Shown piece by piece: positions 1-13,229 of a DNA stretch of 64,000 nucleotides. Made by a program: the position numbers and the translations under genes. The notes under the pieces are model-generated. The model saw only the letters and a program-made list of their open reading frames with translations. It did not search any database and had not been told where the DNA came from. The stretch is from Asterias rubens. Lineage: Eukaryota. Position 1 is the stretch's first letter; each line of letters opens with the position of its first letter. The stretch lies in the NCBI RefSeq assembly GCF_902459465.1, contig NW_022985694.1:62001-126000 (forward strand), in the 5' to 3' direction.

Positions 1-695
1 CAATTAAGGAACAATGAGTTGATCTGACTGCTTTTCTATTTTATTGTAATATTGTACCTACACCAAAACTGGACATGTTTGCTTTTCCTACAAATTTTTT
101 TTATTTTGTGTACTGTCTGTTCAGTCATCGAGTATGCTTTTCTAATTCGCTTGCAGAACGCGAGAATAGTGATGCCATTAGCAACGAGACAACTGAAGGT
201 GAACCACTATCAAAAGGTTGCTACGCTCTGACACTGGTGATTCTGAAACGCCTCAGCTGAACGTGCTCCCCGTACAGTGTATCATGCAGATTGACGAAGA
301 AAGTATGTAAAGGAAAATATCACACAGAAGATGTTCCTGTCAACAAATCAATTTTCCCTGCACAGACTTATGCTTTTGTGCCAGTTGTGGAGTGGCTTCA
401 AAGGACTCGGACGGGGATGTTTATTCTGATGATAACTAATTTAAACAAAATGTTGTCTGAATCATCGTTTTCAATAGAAAAGTAAAAAAAAAGAAGAGAA
501 TTCTGCACAAGTACAATGTGTAAAAAGTAAGCTTTTGGCTTACCAAAAAATAAACCTTAAAATAAATGTGCAACAGTTTATTTGAGAATTGAATTAACCC
601 ATCAGTTACTGTGGTACCAGAAAGACAGTTTGGGAACTAGATTTATATTATTTTCATTCAATTTTGTAAAATCTTTATATCTTTGAAATTGTTAA

Positions 696-1254
696 AGGCC
701 CTGTCGCACCATGGCGTATCGCCTTAACGTATGCCGGCGTATAGGCCTACAGAAACTAGTTCGAGCATTTTAAAAGTCCAAGAGTGCCCAACCTCCCAGA
801 ATCGCATCCATAGCGTACTGAACGTATACAAAGCGTATGACTAATGAATTGATAGCGTATCACTAACTTAAAATGAAGTTATGTATGTTACAGGTGGATA
901 CTTCAGAATACGTCAAGACTTTTTGGGGATACGCCAGGCATAGGTTATACGGCACATAAACGTATTTATTTCGTCAGCCAAAGTACATCACAGAGCCCTA
1001 TACCAGCCAACAAGTAACGTACCGCTGACGTATGTCTAACGTACCACGGGAAACGAGAAATTTTGAACATGCTCAATATTTTGTTGCGGGCTCTACATGC
1101 TCCTAATTTTAATAGCGTATCACAGCGTGCTCTAATAACATTAGCGACATATTACCCCTAACCTATATCAGCGTACACCAACGTAATGATATTTCACAAA
1201 CGTTCGCAAACGTTAGCATACAAGCAGGTGATACGCCATGGTGTGGCAAGCCCT
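696..1254. mobile_element. PIF/Harbinger-type MITE
   Basis: About 40-bp imperfect TIRs (AGGCCCTGTCGCACCATGGCGTATCGCC vs reverse complement of the right end AGGGCTTGCCACACCATGGCGTATCACC). TAA on both flanks (693-695, 1255-1257). No coding capacity. Confidence 0.85.
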
Positions 1255-1740
1255 TAAATAAAACAACTCTGTGTTTTGAGAGACTAAATACATGATCATC
1301 AATTTGTAAATTGCAAAGAAGATCCAATGGGCATAATTTCTTGGTTAGCTTTTTGTGTTCCAAACCAATGATGACTAGTGGACACAATTGGGAGAACAAA
1401 CGATGAGTGTTCAGCTGTTAAATTTGAATTTGAATTGTTTAAAATGGAATTGTTTGGGGGAATTTAAAAAGGGCCTTTTCAAGAAAGTAACATAATTCAT
1501 CATGAGGGTAATATTAACTTTCAATGTTTATAATAACAATGAGTATTGTACCAGAAATGTGTCATGATATGAAGAGAAGAAATACAAAAAATCTAAATGT
1601 GTGTCTCTTGTCAACAATATCCTTTTTTTGTCAAGTTTATTCATTCATGCGATTAAAATTTAATTAAGGCCTGTCTAAGATGTGTAACCTGGTATTCATA
1701 AGTACTTGAAAAAGTTTACTTCATATTTTGTTCAATTTGA

Positions 1741-1796
1741 AACATTTCCAAAACTCTGAAGCGAACATTTCCAAAACTCTGAAGCGAACATTTCCA
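1741..1796. repeat. 23-bp tandem duplication (2.4 copies)
   Basis: AACATTTCCAAAACTCTGAAGCG repeated at 1741 and 1764, partial at 1787. Confidence 0.9.
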
Positions 1797-1899
1797 CGCA
1801 GGATAATCCCTAAAGGAATACACAATTTATACAGTCAATTGTGGCCTCTTGGTTAGAAATTATCACCGGGTCATTTGTAAGTGTAGATACGTTGTAAAG

Positions 1900-2145
1900 G
1901 CGAACTTTCCAATTTACAGTGACACTGATTCGTTGACTTGTGCTAGCAAAGGACAAACCCTAGCGACAGATGTTAGGAATCGTCTGGTACGGAGTCAAGT
2001 TTCAATTGTTCGGGCCGAGTGTTCATCTCTTGGTCCTCCTAGAAAACCGACTGCCGAGGAGCTTCGTCAAGAAGTTGCCATAAATGTGGTTACAAAGTAT
2101 CCTATACTGCGTGATGCCGATGACCTATACCCAGAACAACCTTGG
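1900..2145 (+). pseudogene. Possible exon of a transposon-associated (SAMD3-like) protein
   Basis: LRQEVAINVVTKYPILRDADDLYPEQPW resembles the 'A..IV.KYP.L+D....W' motif of TE-associated proteins. It ends at a canonical GTAAGT donor (2146). Confidence 0.3.
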
Positions 2146-3456
2146 GTAAGTATATTCATTTATTTGAAAACAAAGTTAAACAAATTTATAAACAGTTTGC
2201 TTGTAAAACTCAATAACTTTTTATTGGCTACAAAAATAACTTTGTAGTAGATCGATCCATCAAGCCCTGCCCATGACACACATAAACGTATTCTTTCACC
2301 AAGAAAACTCATGATCGACCCTTAAAAACGCCAACAAAGGTACCTTAATTACCTTGTTCCTCGAAGCATCAAAAGCTGGCGGATTCTGACATTTTTGGTG
2401 TAGTTTGAAGATCAGCTGTGCACCCCGGACATCGTCAAACGATGCCATGCCTGATGCCATTGTCTTCCAAGCTAAAAAATCAAACTATGAACTTTGTTGA
2501 ATATTCCTGAGACCGTCTTGCTTTAAATATGAGGTCGAATGACATCATCCGGTTGACTGGTTGACAACAAAACGCAATCGTGTTTACTCATAACCAAACC
2601 TAACTGAATCTGCAAAAGACGAATAATGCAGTGCTTCATATTTTCAGTTCAGTTCAATCGGTTTCTTTAATAATTCTTCTTCTTAGTTGACATTGTGACT
2701 AGCACAGATTAACTACAATGAAAACAGCAACAACAGATATGTCACAAGAAATACTCAGTGATTGTATCAATTGGACCTGAGTGACCAGAATTACCCCAAT
2801 AATTATGCAAATAAAGGACTGAATAAAGCAATGTTTACATTGACCCATGTGCCTGAAGTGAATGGACTGAAGCAAATCTATTAAACCAACTTTGACCTAT
2901 AAATCCTGGGCTATAATGACCACATAAACGCAATTAGCAACTGACTGAATCATAGAATATTATGCTATACCCTGTGTGTTATATCACGCAACGACAATAT
3001 GCATGTATGACTCGAATGACAATCCCCAATTACATGTGCAACCAAATTAAACGCATTGTAAAAATACAACTGTTTTAGGCTTCAAATATGTACCTAAATG
3101 TAACACAATCAATCAATCAGCTCTATAATTTAGTGGCAAGAAAATCAATGCACATACCATTTAATAACCGTTGGCGGGAATCTAATACTTTGGGCGAAGA
3201 AAACTTGGCTTTTACTCTTGAACTAACCCATGACTCTCAGAACCTCATAGCAACCACTGAACTCAAACAGCGCCTTCAATCGACAGAAACAAGTTCCCTG
3301 AGTTTGGGTGTTACACTAACTGCGCTAGATAAAACTAAAAATCTCGCGCGTAAAAATCTTTGCAAACAGTGGTGACCTTGGCTGAACTTCGCGTGTTGGC
3401 TGTACAACAGGGCTGTACGGTACAACAGGGGTTGCGTTCAACTTCGTCAAAGGTCG

Positions 3457-3830
3457 CTGGGTTGTATGTTCATGGAAAACTACTGGACAGGACTTCGGCC
3501 TTTCTCATAGACACCGGAGCGACTAAGAGTTTTGTTTCCAACCGATTGTTTGATGAGATAAGCCACCGGCTAAAACCAAAGCTTACTCCTCCCGACCGTA
3601 CACTCCGCCAAGCAGATGGTAGTAAACTCAGATATCCGGTCGAGCCAAAATGGACATATCGATTGGTGGGTGCAAACTGGAACACACTATGTGGGTGGCA
3701 GTGACAATGCAATTACTCAGTCTGGACTTCTTGAGGAAACACAAATGCACCTTGCTCTGGGAGGACGAGTGCCTGAAAGTTGGTACACCAAACCGATACA
3801 TCAGTTTGCAGAGGTGCCGAAAGTCTGCCG
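3457..3830 (+). pseudogene. Gypsy retropepsin (aspartic protease) fragment, frameshifted
   Basis: GLYVHGKL..AFLIDTGATKSFVS active-site motif, continued in another frame as ISIGGCKLEHTMWVA..LLSLDFLRKHKC. Confidence 0.75.
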
Positions 3831-4264
3831 TTCCGACTGATGGACACTGTTCTGCCCAATTCAAGTTCAGTCTTGTAATATTTATGACAAACATTTACAT
3901 GTACCTTCTAGATGAAGTATTAATACTTTTAGAGGATTCATTGATAATGAAAAACTTGTTCATGTCACTGACCGAGAGCAAACAATACCTTAACATGTTA
4001 AAACAGCCAACACTACTCAGAAAGTCTTTATACTTTGAAAACAAAAGGGAAATGCTCATCTGCAGCACTAATGCCTTCGCCACTATCAGTTTTTTTAATA
4101 AACTAACTAAACTAGTTATAGTAGCCCGCCTCCTATTGAATTATTATTTGTACCACTTAGGTTAGGGCCTACTGTCCATTGCAGAAGCCATAAGAATAGA
4201 TTGACACTGATAATATTGAAATTGTACTGTCGAGCACGGGTCATCCATACTGACTGTTCATGCC

Positions 4265-5836
4265 GTTTCCCCAGTACAGTAGTCCTAAATAAAATGCATT
4301 TCCTAACCATGCTAACTAACCATGTAGGTTCAAGTTCAACAATTCAACCCCATTACCACATCCACGATTTTTAAATAATGCTTGATGGTACTGTACCTTC
4401 TGTCAATCCCTGCATGTCTAAGCGAATTTTGAATACTTCCTCGTTGGTGAATTGCTGAATACACGGTCTTCCTTCAAATGTTGAACAGTCGCAGCTGAAG
4501 TCGATGGCTCTCTGTTGCTCCATGTCGTGGTCTTCGGCAACTGCTGCTTCTCCGAGTAAGTGCTCCACACGTTGCAGCTCGTTTACAACGGGTGGATCGT
4601 CGTCGTCGTCCCCATCATCATCATCAACATCATCATCATCGTCGCCGCCGTCTTGATCTGGAAAAAAATTGACATCTGCTTCCAAATCTCCGGGTAATCC
4701 TTGATCACCCAGAGCTTCGGCTCCCTCCACCTCTTCCTCACTCTCCTCAGCACTGTCATCATCGCTTTCGACGCTACCATCTACAAAATAATCATGGACT
4801 AGCTTCTGGAGAGAAGCTTCGTCGTCTCCAGAGAGGCCAACCATGTTGCCTTCACGAATGGTGCTCAGCGCTCTCCCCATGTCTTCACTTCACCTGTCAG
4901 CCAAGCTTAGTTTTTAGTGAATTTTAACACAAAATTGGAACAGCAAAACTCTCAATAAACTCTCAATAAACTACAAATTCACAACAGGTAAGAAAGGTAA
5001 CAAAAATTTCAAAATGCAAACGTGAAAATTTTTATCTTTTTTGCTCACTAAGTATCGACTGACAAGCGTTGCAAATTCACAAAGTCACGAGGCTAATCAC
5101 ACGAGGCAATGGCCGGCTAGCGTGTTCTGTAGGTATGGGCAACGCGAGCTTGCATAGGAAAAAACATCGCGTGACCATGGGGCTGTAAATCCGGATACAA
5201 TTACTGCCGAAGCGGCCCAAAGTTTTGTGCACGCTCGACGAATGGTTTTCAGCTCTCATCCAATCAGTAATCTCTATTTTTTGATAGCTGGAAAGCCCGC
5301 CTAATTTAAATATAAAGTTTTCAGCCGTTAATTCAAACAGTTTTCGGCCACCTGACTATGGTGTCATAAAAAAAAAAAATTAGTTCGGGTCATGAACTTT
5401 CGATTGGTACCAAATCCAGCCGTCCAACTTAAACAGAAGTGACTTAACGTTGCAGTGGAAATAAGCAACTTTTTCATGATTTTGAAGGTTGGTTAGATCG
5501 TCTGGAAGGAAAATAATTACATACAAACATGCCCAGGAAAACCTATTTTTAATGGATTTATTCATCATTTCAAATAAAGGTAGGACCATGACAAGAAAGA
5601 TTAAGAATTTATTGACCCAAAAAGACCAAAATCACGGAATTAGTTTTTGGTAGTGTTTACTCATGTTTTGAGGTGTCAACATGTTTTGAATGGCTAATTA
5701 CACGTAAACACAATTTACTACACATTCCTCATTTTGATAGAGCAGGTCACAATTTTGTACAATTGATGGACTTGGTACCTTCCATGGAATGGGTATAGTA
5801 GCTACAAAGACACCAGGTACAATGACATGTAAGCCT
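4265..5836. repeat. Duplicated segment, copy 1 (pairs with 9139-10711)
   Basis: Direct repeat at offset 4875. I saw 4 substitutions and one C-run length difference. Confidence 0.97.
4397..4880 (-). CDS. First exon of a probable DNA-transposon protein (acidic tract plus C-x-C..C motif; Sola/DUF7869-like N-terminus), copy 1
   Basis: ATG at 4880, Asp/Glu-rich tract, FSCDC..RPCIQQFTNEEVFKIRLDMQGLT motif, then a G|GTACAG donor. Confidence 0.45.
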
Positions 5837-7443
5837 GTCACAACCAACCCATCGGGGTTGTTGTTGCAACCGAGGAAGAAACCACCACTGCAGAAATAAA
5901 TTTGCACTCAAGCCATTAGAGATTATATTTACAAAATATTACAATTTATTTACAACGCAACTCTTCTGCAATCTGAATTATTTCCAGTGGCCACACCTCA
6001 AAAAACAATAAATTCAACTTCCAAAATTCACTCACTCCAAACCTTAAATTGAGTCAACCCGACTCTTAAACTTGTGAGTTACAGTTACTGGCTTCAAGTA
6101 ACCTTAACTCGCCAGTAGTTGATTCAAGTTTCTACGCCTTGATCACCTCGATCTCAAATTCCAACTTCTCAATAATTTCAACAATATATCTCCGGTACTT
6201 TGAAATTCTCAATAATTCAACAATAACTCCAATACTTTGCAACTTCTCAATAATTTCAACAATATATCTCCGGTACTTTGAAATTCTCAATAATTCAACA
6301 ATATCTCCAATACTTTGCAACTTCTCACTAATTTCAACAATATATCTCCGGTACTTTGAAATTCTCAATAATTCAACAATATCTCCAATACTTTGCAACT
6401 TCTCAATAATTCCAACAATATTTAACAAACTGTCTACTCTAAGGCTCACACCACTCCTTAGGCTCGTTAATTCTCCCGAGTCTACAATATCAGAGTTCCT
6501 CAATGGTCGTGAGAAGTGCACTGTTCATTGGATGTTCATCTGTGCATTCTGTGTTTCCAGCTCTAGAAAACCCTGCCATCGGTTAAGTTCCAACTCCACT
6601 CTAGTGATGAAAATGTTGGCGTGACGGTCCCATGTGATTTATCATGTCATCAGGGGCGTCCGAGCAGTCACTCCCGGACTTTAAAAGTCGGGTGGATAAG
6701 GGCCATCTATAATAATTAAAAATGAACCAAAACTGTACAAGAACAAGGTCGCTAACATTATGGGATGGTATCGGCACGCTTTCCAATAAAACAATGAAAA
6801 ATTATCAAACTTGCAATTCTCCGCTTTTGGACCAACAATTCCTTTAAACAAAAATGCTTTATATTGAATGAAAAATACTACTTCAATCCAATGGGTTCCT
6901 CCATAAACATAATTAAAAGTAACTTACGATTTGTCGAGCTCAGTCCTCCTCTGTGCCTCACCAGAACTTAACATCTGTGCTGTAGCAACGCAAGCAGAAC
7001 TCTAAATGCATAGCCCCAACTTCCTACACATCACCCCACTCACTTCCGAACTGGTACTCTGCACATCACTTCACTTTCTCCCATTCATATACACCACCAC
7101 TACGATCTACACTCAAGCATACCAGTGAAATTCTCAAGACATTCCTGAGAGCCAACGCCCCAAGGAAAACAAAGGACCGCCCCTAACAAAAAACCTTTGT
7201 GCTTGCATTGCAAGTTTTACTGCTGCACAGTAGCACTTGCCCACCTGTCCAAACTATTTACAACACTTCAACACAGTAGCTGTAGCAGCTGCACAGTAGC
7301 CAGTAGCGCTTGCCCCAGCAGTTGCACAGTAGCAGCTCGCGTTAGCACTATTTACAACAGCAAATCATGGCCCTATATTTTAGAGTACCACACAATATAC
7401 AAAACAACTATTACCAACTGCTTCCATTAGACAACCTGTGACA
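5836..7443 (-). mobile_element. 3' LTR of a Gmr1-like Gypsy element (1608 bp)
   Basis: Inverted termini TGTCACA...TGTGACA. On the minus strand it is immediately preceded by a polypurine tract and lies downstream of RT-RNaseH. The duplicated copy at 10701-10720 shows the uninterrupted site. Confidence 0.75.
6162..6422. repeat. 78-bp minisatellite (about 3.3 copies, two related sub-units each) inside the LTR
   Basis: CAACTTCTC at 6162, 6240, 6318 and 6396. Confidence 0.95.
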
Positions 7444-7459
7444 ATTCCCTTCCTCCTTG
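7444..7459 (-). promoter_or_regulatory. Polypurine tract
   Basis: Minus strand AAGGAGGAAGGGAAT directly abuts the LTR start TGTCACA. Confidence 0.75.
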
Positions 7460-7690
7460 GGGAAAAAAAAAATTATATTTAATTTTTTTTTGAATATACA
7501 AATACTTGGCACTTCAGGGAATATATACAAATACTTAACACTTCAGCGCCAGCTCCCTGGTCTTCAACCTTCTCCTGAAATGTAAAGCACAAAGTTAAAT
7601 AGCGACCTGCAAGTCAAACAAAACCATTGGTTTATACCGAAAAAAAAACAATATCCCAGGAACATGCCTAGCATTTTTCGGTTGTTTCAC

Positions 7691-9138
7691 TCAAGATGAA
7701 ATTCTACTTAGATAGTCTGCACCGACGTTCTCTGTACCCTTAATTGACTGTATTCTAAACCGGTAGGGTTGTAATTGCAGTGCCCATCGCATAATACGGG
7801 AATTTGAAGACTTAGCTTGGTTGAGGTATGCAAGTGGTTGATGATCAGTCTGAAGGACAAATTCAATACCGTACAAGTAAGTTTGAAACTTCTGCACTGC
7901 CCAGACAATCGCCAAACATTCTCGCTCGATGGTGGAATAAGCACACTCCCGTGGAAGAAGTTTACGGGATGCATAGGCCACTGGGGACTTCTCTCCCCCA
8001 TGAGTCTGTATCAATACGGCGCCTAGGCCAATATCCGACGCATCTGTCTGAAGAATGAAAGGTTGATTAATATCAGGTAAGTGAAGTACAGGAGCTTTCA
8101 CAAGGCAAGATTTTAGGGATCTAAAAGCAAATTCTTGACTGTTTTCCCATATGATGTGGTTGGGTTCTCTCTTCTTCGTCTTGTCCGTAAGTGGTGCGGC
8201 AATTGCTGAATAGTTGGGGATGAATCTTCTATAATATCCGGTTAAGCCCAGGAACGATCTTAGCTGCTTCTTGGTTTTGGGTCTGGGAGCATCTTGAACC
8301 TTGTTGACCTTTTCTGAGAGTGGTTCTAGTAAACCTTGTCCTACCCTGTGACCGAGAAATTCTAACTTGGTGTACCCAATGAGACATTTCGTGGGTCTAG
8401 CTGTGAGTCCAGCATCCTTCAATCTTCTGAGCACCTGTTCAAGTACCTTGATGTGCTCTGCCCATGTGCTGGTGTGGATCAAGATATCATCGATGAAGTT
8501 TGTGACGTTGGCTACATCTTGAAGGAGAATACGCATCATACGACTGAAAATGGCAGGGGCATTCACAAGGCCAAATGGCATCGTTTTAAACTGAAACAAG
8601 CCTTCAGGACTAATGAAACTGGTCTTTTCTTTTGCCGGCTTCGCTTAGAGGAATCTGCCAGTACCCCTTACTGAGATCAATCTTGGAAAAATACTTATCT
8701 CCTGAAAGTTTACTGAAAATTTCTTCTGCATCTGGCATTGGCTCTGCATCGAACACTGTCACTCGGTTCAACCTTCTGAAATCTATACAAAAGCGTTGCG
8801 ATCCATCCTTTTTGCTAACTAAGACAATCGGGGATGCATAGGGAGAGTTGGACCTTTCAATGACATCCATATCAAGCATTGCCTTGATTTCTTCGGACAC
8901 TGTGTTTCGAAGGGCATGTGGTAGAGGGTAAGGCTTCGACCTAACTGGGTCTAATGTTGTTAGTTGAATGTCAAGTTCGGAAAACTTACAACGTCCTGGT
9001 AGATCCGTGAGTGCCATCTCATACTTCTTCAACAGACATTTCACCTGACGTTGTTGATCTACTGACAGTTGTGAATCAATCTGAACATCTTTGAGTGACT
9101 CTTTTGCTGTTAGAGTTGGTAGCTGCAATGACTCGTCA
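7691..9138 (-). pseudogene. pol: Gmr1-like Gypsy pol: RT-RNaseH, 5'-truncated, one +1 frameshift near 8637
   Basis: YASPIVLV/RFCIDFRRLN, MPFGLVNAP, FIDD catalytic motif, RNaseH TDAS...TDHQPL...ADYLSR followed by a stop. No integrase downstream. Confidence 0.9.
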
Positions 9139-10711
9139 GTTTCCCCCAGTACAGTAGTCCTAAATAAAATGCATTTCCTAACCATGCTAACTAACCATGT
9201 AGGTTCAAGTTCAACAATTCAACCCCATTACCACATCCACGATTTTTAAATAATGCTTGATGGTACTGTACCTTCTGTCAATCCCTGCATGTCTAAGCGA
9301 ATTTTGAATACTTCCTCGTTGGTGAATTGCTGAATACACGGTCTTCCTTCAAATGTTGAACAGTCGCAGCTGAAGTCGATGGCTCTCTGTTGCTCCATGT
9401 CGTGGTCTTCGGCAACTGCTGCTTCTCCGAGTAAGTGCTCCACACGTTGCAGCTCGTTTACAACGGGTGGATCGTCGTCGTCGTCCCCATCATCATCATC
9501 AACATCATCATCATCGTCGCCGCCGTCTTGATCTGGAAAAAAATTGACATCCGCTTCCAAATCTCCGGGTAATCCTTGATCACCCAGAGCTTCGGCTCCC
9601 TCCACCTCTTCCTCACTCTCCTCAGCACTGTCATCATCGCTTTCGACGCTACCATCTACAAAATAATCATGGACTAGCTTCTGGAGAGAAGCTTCGTCGT
9701 CTCCAGAGAGGCCAACCATGTTGCCTTCACGAATGGTGCTCAGCGCTCTCCCCATGTCTTCACTTCACCTGTCAGCCAAGCTTAGTTTTTAGTGAATTTT
9801 AACACAAAATTGGAACAGCAAAACTCTCAATAAACTCTCAATAAACTACAAATTCACAACAGGTAAGAAAGGTAACAAAAATTTCAAAATGCAAACGTGA
9901 AAATTTTTATCTTTTTTGCTCACTAAGTATCGACTGACAAGCGTTGCAAATTCACAAAGTCACGAGGCTAATCACACGAGGCAATGGCCGGCTAGCGTGT
10001 TCTGTAGGTATGGGCAACGCGAGCTTGCAAAGGAAAAAACATCGCGTGACCATGGGGCTGTAAATCCGGATACAATTACTGTCGAAGCGGCCCAAAGTTT
10101 TGTGCACGCTCGACGAATGGTTTTCAGCTCTCATCCAATCAGTAATCTCTATTTTTTGATAGCTGGAAAGCCCGCCTAATTTAAATATAAAGTTTTCAGC
10201 CGTTAATTCAAACAGTTTTCGGCCACCTGACTATGGTGTCATAAAAAAAAAAAATTAGTTCGGGTCATGAACTTTCGATTGGTACCAAATCCAGCCGTCC
10301 AACGTAAACAGAAGTGACTTAACGTTGCAGTGGAAATAAGCAACTTTTTCATGATTTTGAAGGTTGGTTAGATCGTCTGGAAGGAAAATAATTACATACA
10401 AACATGCCCAGGAAAACCTATTTTTAATGGATTTATTCATCATTTCAAATAAAGGTAGGACCATGACAAGAAAGATTAAGAATTTATTGACCCAAAAAGA
10501 CCAAAATCACGGAATTAGTTTTTGGTAGTGTTTACTCATGTTTTGAGGTGTCAACATGTTTTGAATGGCTAATTACACGTAAACACAATTTACTACACAT
10601 TCCTCATTTTGATAGAGCAGGTCACAATTTTGTACAATTGATGGACTTGGTACCTTCCATGGAATGGGTATAGTAGCTACAAAGACACCAGGTACAATGA
10701 CATGTAAGCCT
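9139..10711. repeat. Duplicated segment, copy 2
   Basis: Matches 4265-5836; joined to the Gypsy pol through GTTTCCCC microhomology. Confidence 0.97.
9272..9755 (-). CDS. Same acidic transposon-protein exon, copy 2
   Basis: Translation identical to the 4371-4880 ORF. Confidence 0.45.
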
Positions 10712-13169
10712 ATACCAAAAGTTAATGTAACTGCCGCAGATATTGCTGCTGTTGGGCGTATCAACATAGAATACTTTAGGGCCTCTCATACAGTACATTA
10801 GCTGATGTACCAACCCATGGTGAATTTGAGAACAAGAGACCCAACAATTAACATTGATGTGCTTTGGAAGACATCATTACTACTTCAATCCCCAAGGCCT
10901 TCATGGTCTGGCATGATGTAGATGGTCAGTAAGGGTGAACACCCAGGACAGTCATCAGTATCTTTTCTTCCTATGATTTACATGAATCCAAGTGACCCAT
11001 CTTGTGTGTACTCAACACTGCGATTTGTTTGTGACCATGCTGCACAGTACAGTGTTACTCCCGTTTTGACTTTTGACCAGCCACTATGGTGGAAGGCACT
11101 TACAATCATTCGAAACCAGCCTAATGGCAGTGACATGAAGCAAATTGTCTTGAGACTTGGAGGACTACACACTGAAATGAGCTTCCTTGGAAGTATTGGG
11201 CATTTGATGAGAGGCTCAGGACTCCAGGAACTTCTTGAAGTGATTTATGCAAGCAACTCGGTTGGACACATGCTTAGTGGCATGGCAATATCGAGAGCTG
11301 TGCGTGGCCATCTCCTTGTTGATGCTGCCCTCAATACCATGCTGGTTGCAGACTTGTACAATGCGCCTCTGCCAAGTAATGATGAGGAACAGTCTCTTGA
11401 AGTTGATGTAACCTGTGGCGAAGCAGATGTACGAGCAACAGATTTTGGCAGAAGCTCAAGACATTTATGAAAGTTTGATGTCTGACACTGTATCAGTAGA
11501 TCAATTATGCTCATCAAATGTAATTAACAAGATTCTTAGTCTGATGGAGGAAGCAAAGGAGGCCATAACTACACGTACATCACGTCTCTGGCTACAGTAC
11601 ATGGACATGATAGATATTCTGCGCATGTTTCTGAAAGCTGAGAGAACTGGGAACTGCATCTGCAGGCTGTCCATGATATGCTACCGTACTTTGCTGCTTC
11701 TGGACACTCGCTTTATGCCAAGTCTGCCTATATATACTTGCAATTGATGCATGATTTACCAAATTCACACCCAGATGTTCACAGAAGGTTCCAAGAAGGG
11801 TTCCATGTAGTGAGGAGAAGTGACCGTTACTGGGCAGGTTTGTCCACAGATCTCATTATTGAGCAGGTCCTAATGAGGAGTATCAAGACAAGTGGATGGA
11901 TAACCAGAGGAACTGGAATGTCTGAAACTCAGCGGAATGTGTGGCTCCTGTCACTGCCATCAAGGGCACTGGTAAATGATGCAATGCAAGATCTCACAGG
12001 TGTTAAGTATGAGAGTAGTGATCAATACAAAGATATATCATATTCAAGACAGATTAGGGATGTGAGAGACACAATACAGTTGCTACACTACATCAGAGAA
12101 CGAAGCCCATTCAACTCAGAATCAGATCTGCATAGTATTGCAAATGGAATGACTGCAGAGAGCAAAGTAAATGTAGACCAATCCAAAGACATAGGACAAA
12201 AGATTCTGGACTCCATGGCTGGAAGGAATGTGGAGGACTACACATTTATAAAAGCAAACCAAGCTGTGACACTCGGCTCAAGATCCTCCATAAAAATAAA
12301 GAATAAGTTTGTACAGGTGGACCCACAACTACTTTTTCAGAGACTAGTGGCTGTAGGCAAGGAACGCACGGATGATCTTCCGTCTCTCTTCAGTTATGAG
12401 TTGTGCAGTTATCCATCTGCAATGTTCGAGTCGTCTTGCCTTCCCCTCCAAGCCAACAAACCAGCCCTTGCAGATGCCATATGGAAGGTGTTTGAAAACG
12501 AAGAGTCACAGCCCATTGGCCAAGTGCACTATGTTTTGGACGGTGGGGCACTTCTGCATCGTCTTCCTTGGCCTCGGGCAACTACTTACAACAACATATG
12601 CAAGCTGTATACTGATTATGTTACTCAACGATATGGAAGACCAACCATAGTGTTTGATGGATACCATGATGGTCCTACTACGAAGGACTCTACTCATTTT
12701 AGAAGAACAGGAGCTTGCTCAGGCCTGACGGTAAACGTTGCTGGTGACATGGTTATTAAATCAAGGAAACAGGAATTCCTTGCGAACAACGTCAACAAAC
12801 AACGTTTTATCCATCTCCTCAGCGACAGACTGCAAATGGCTGGATGTGTCACAGTTCATGCAAGACATGATGCAGATGTCCTGATTGTCAGAAAAGCAGT
12901 GGAGTCTGCGAGATCAATCAGTACCATTCTAGTTGGAGATGACACCGACCTTCTTGTCCTCCTTATCTTCCATGTTGAACTAAATGAACAGAAAATGCAC
13001 ATGCCGAAAGTACGGCCTGCCTTGTTCAATTGCCTGCACTCAATGCACATGCCGAAAGTACGGCCTGCCTTGTTCAATTGCCTGCACTGAATGCCGTGGT
13101 TCTAGTTGTGCTAACTCACCGCCACCAGACCTAGATTTAGATGGTTCTGAAGATGAGGGTGACTCATAA
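10574..13169 (+). pseudogene. AcademX-like transposase - XPG/PIN nuclease - Cys-rich finger gene, with frameshifts and deletions
   Basis: DGLGTFHGMG, TFDQPLWWKA, RLGGLHTEMSFLGSIG; XPG-like VLDGGALL, VFDGY, HDADVLI, GDDTDLLVLL; C-terminal CTCRKYGLPCSIACTECRG. Confidence 0.75.
12994..13088. repeat. 48-bp tandem duplication in the Cys-finger region
   Basis: AATGCACATGCCGAAAGTACGGCCTGCCTTGTTCAATTGCCTGCACT at 12994 and 13042. Confidence 0.95.
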
Positions 13170-13229
13170 GTCAACATTTAAATAATGTATGAAATAATTT
13201 GATAATTTACAGAGATTGACAATGTTTAT

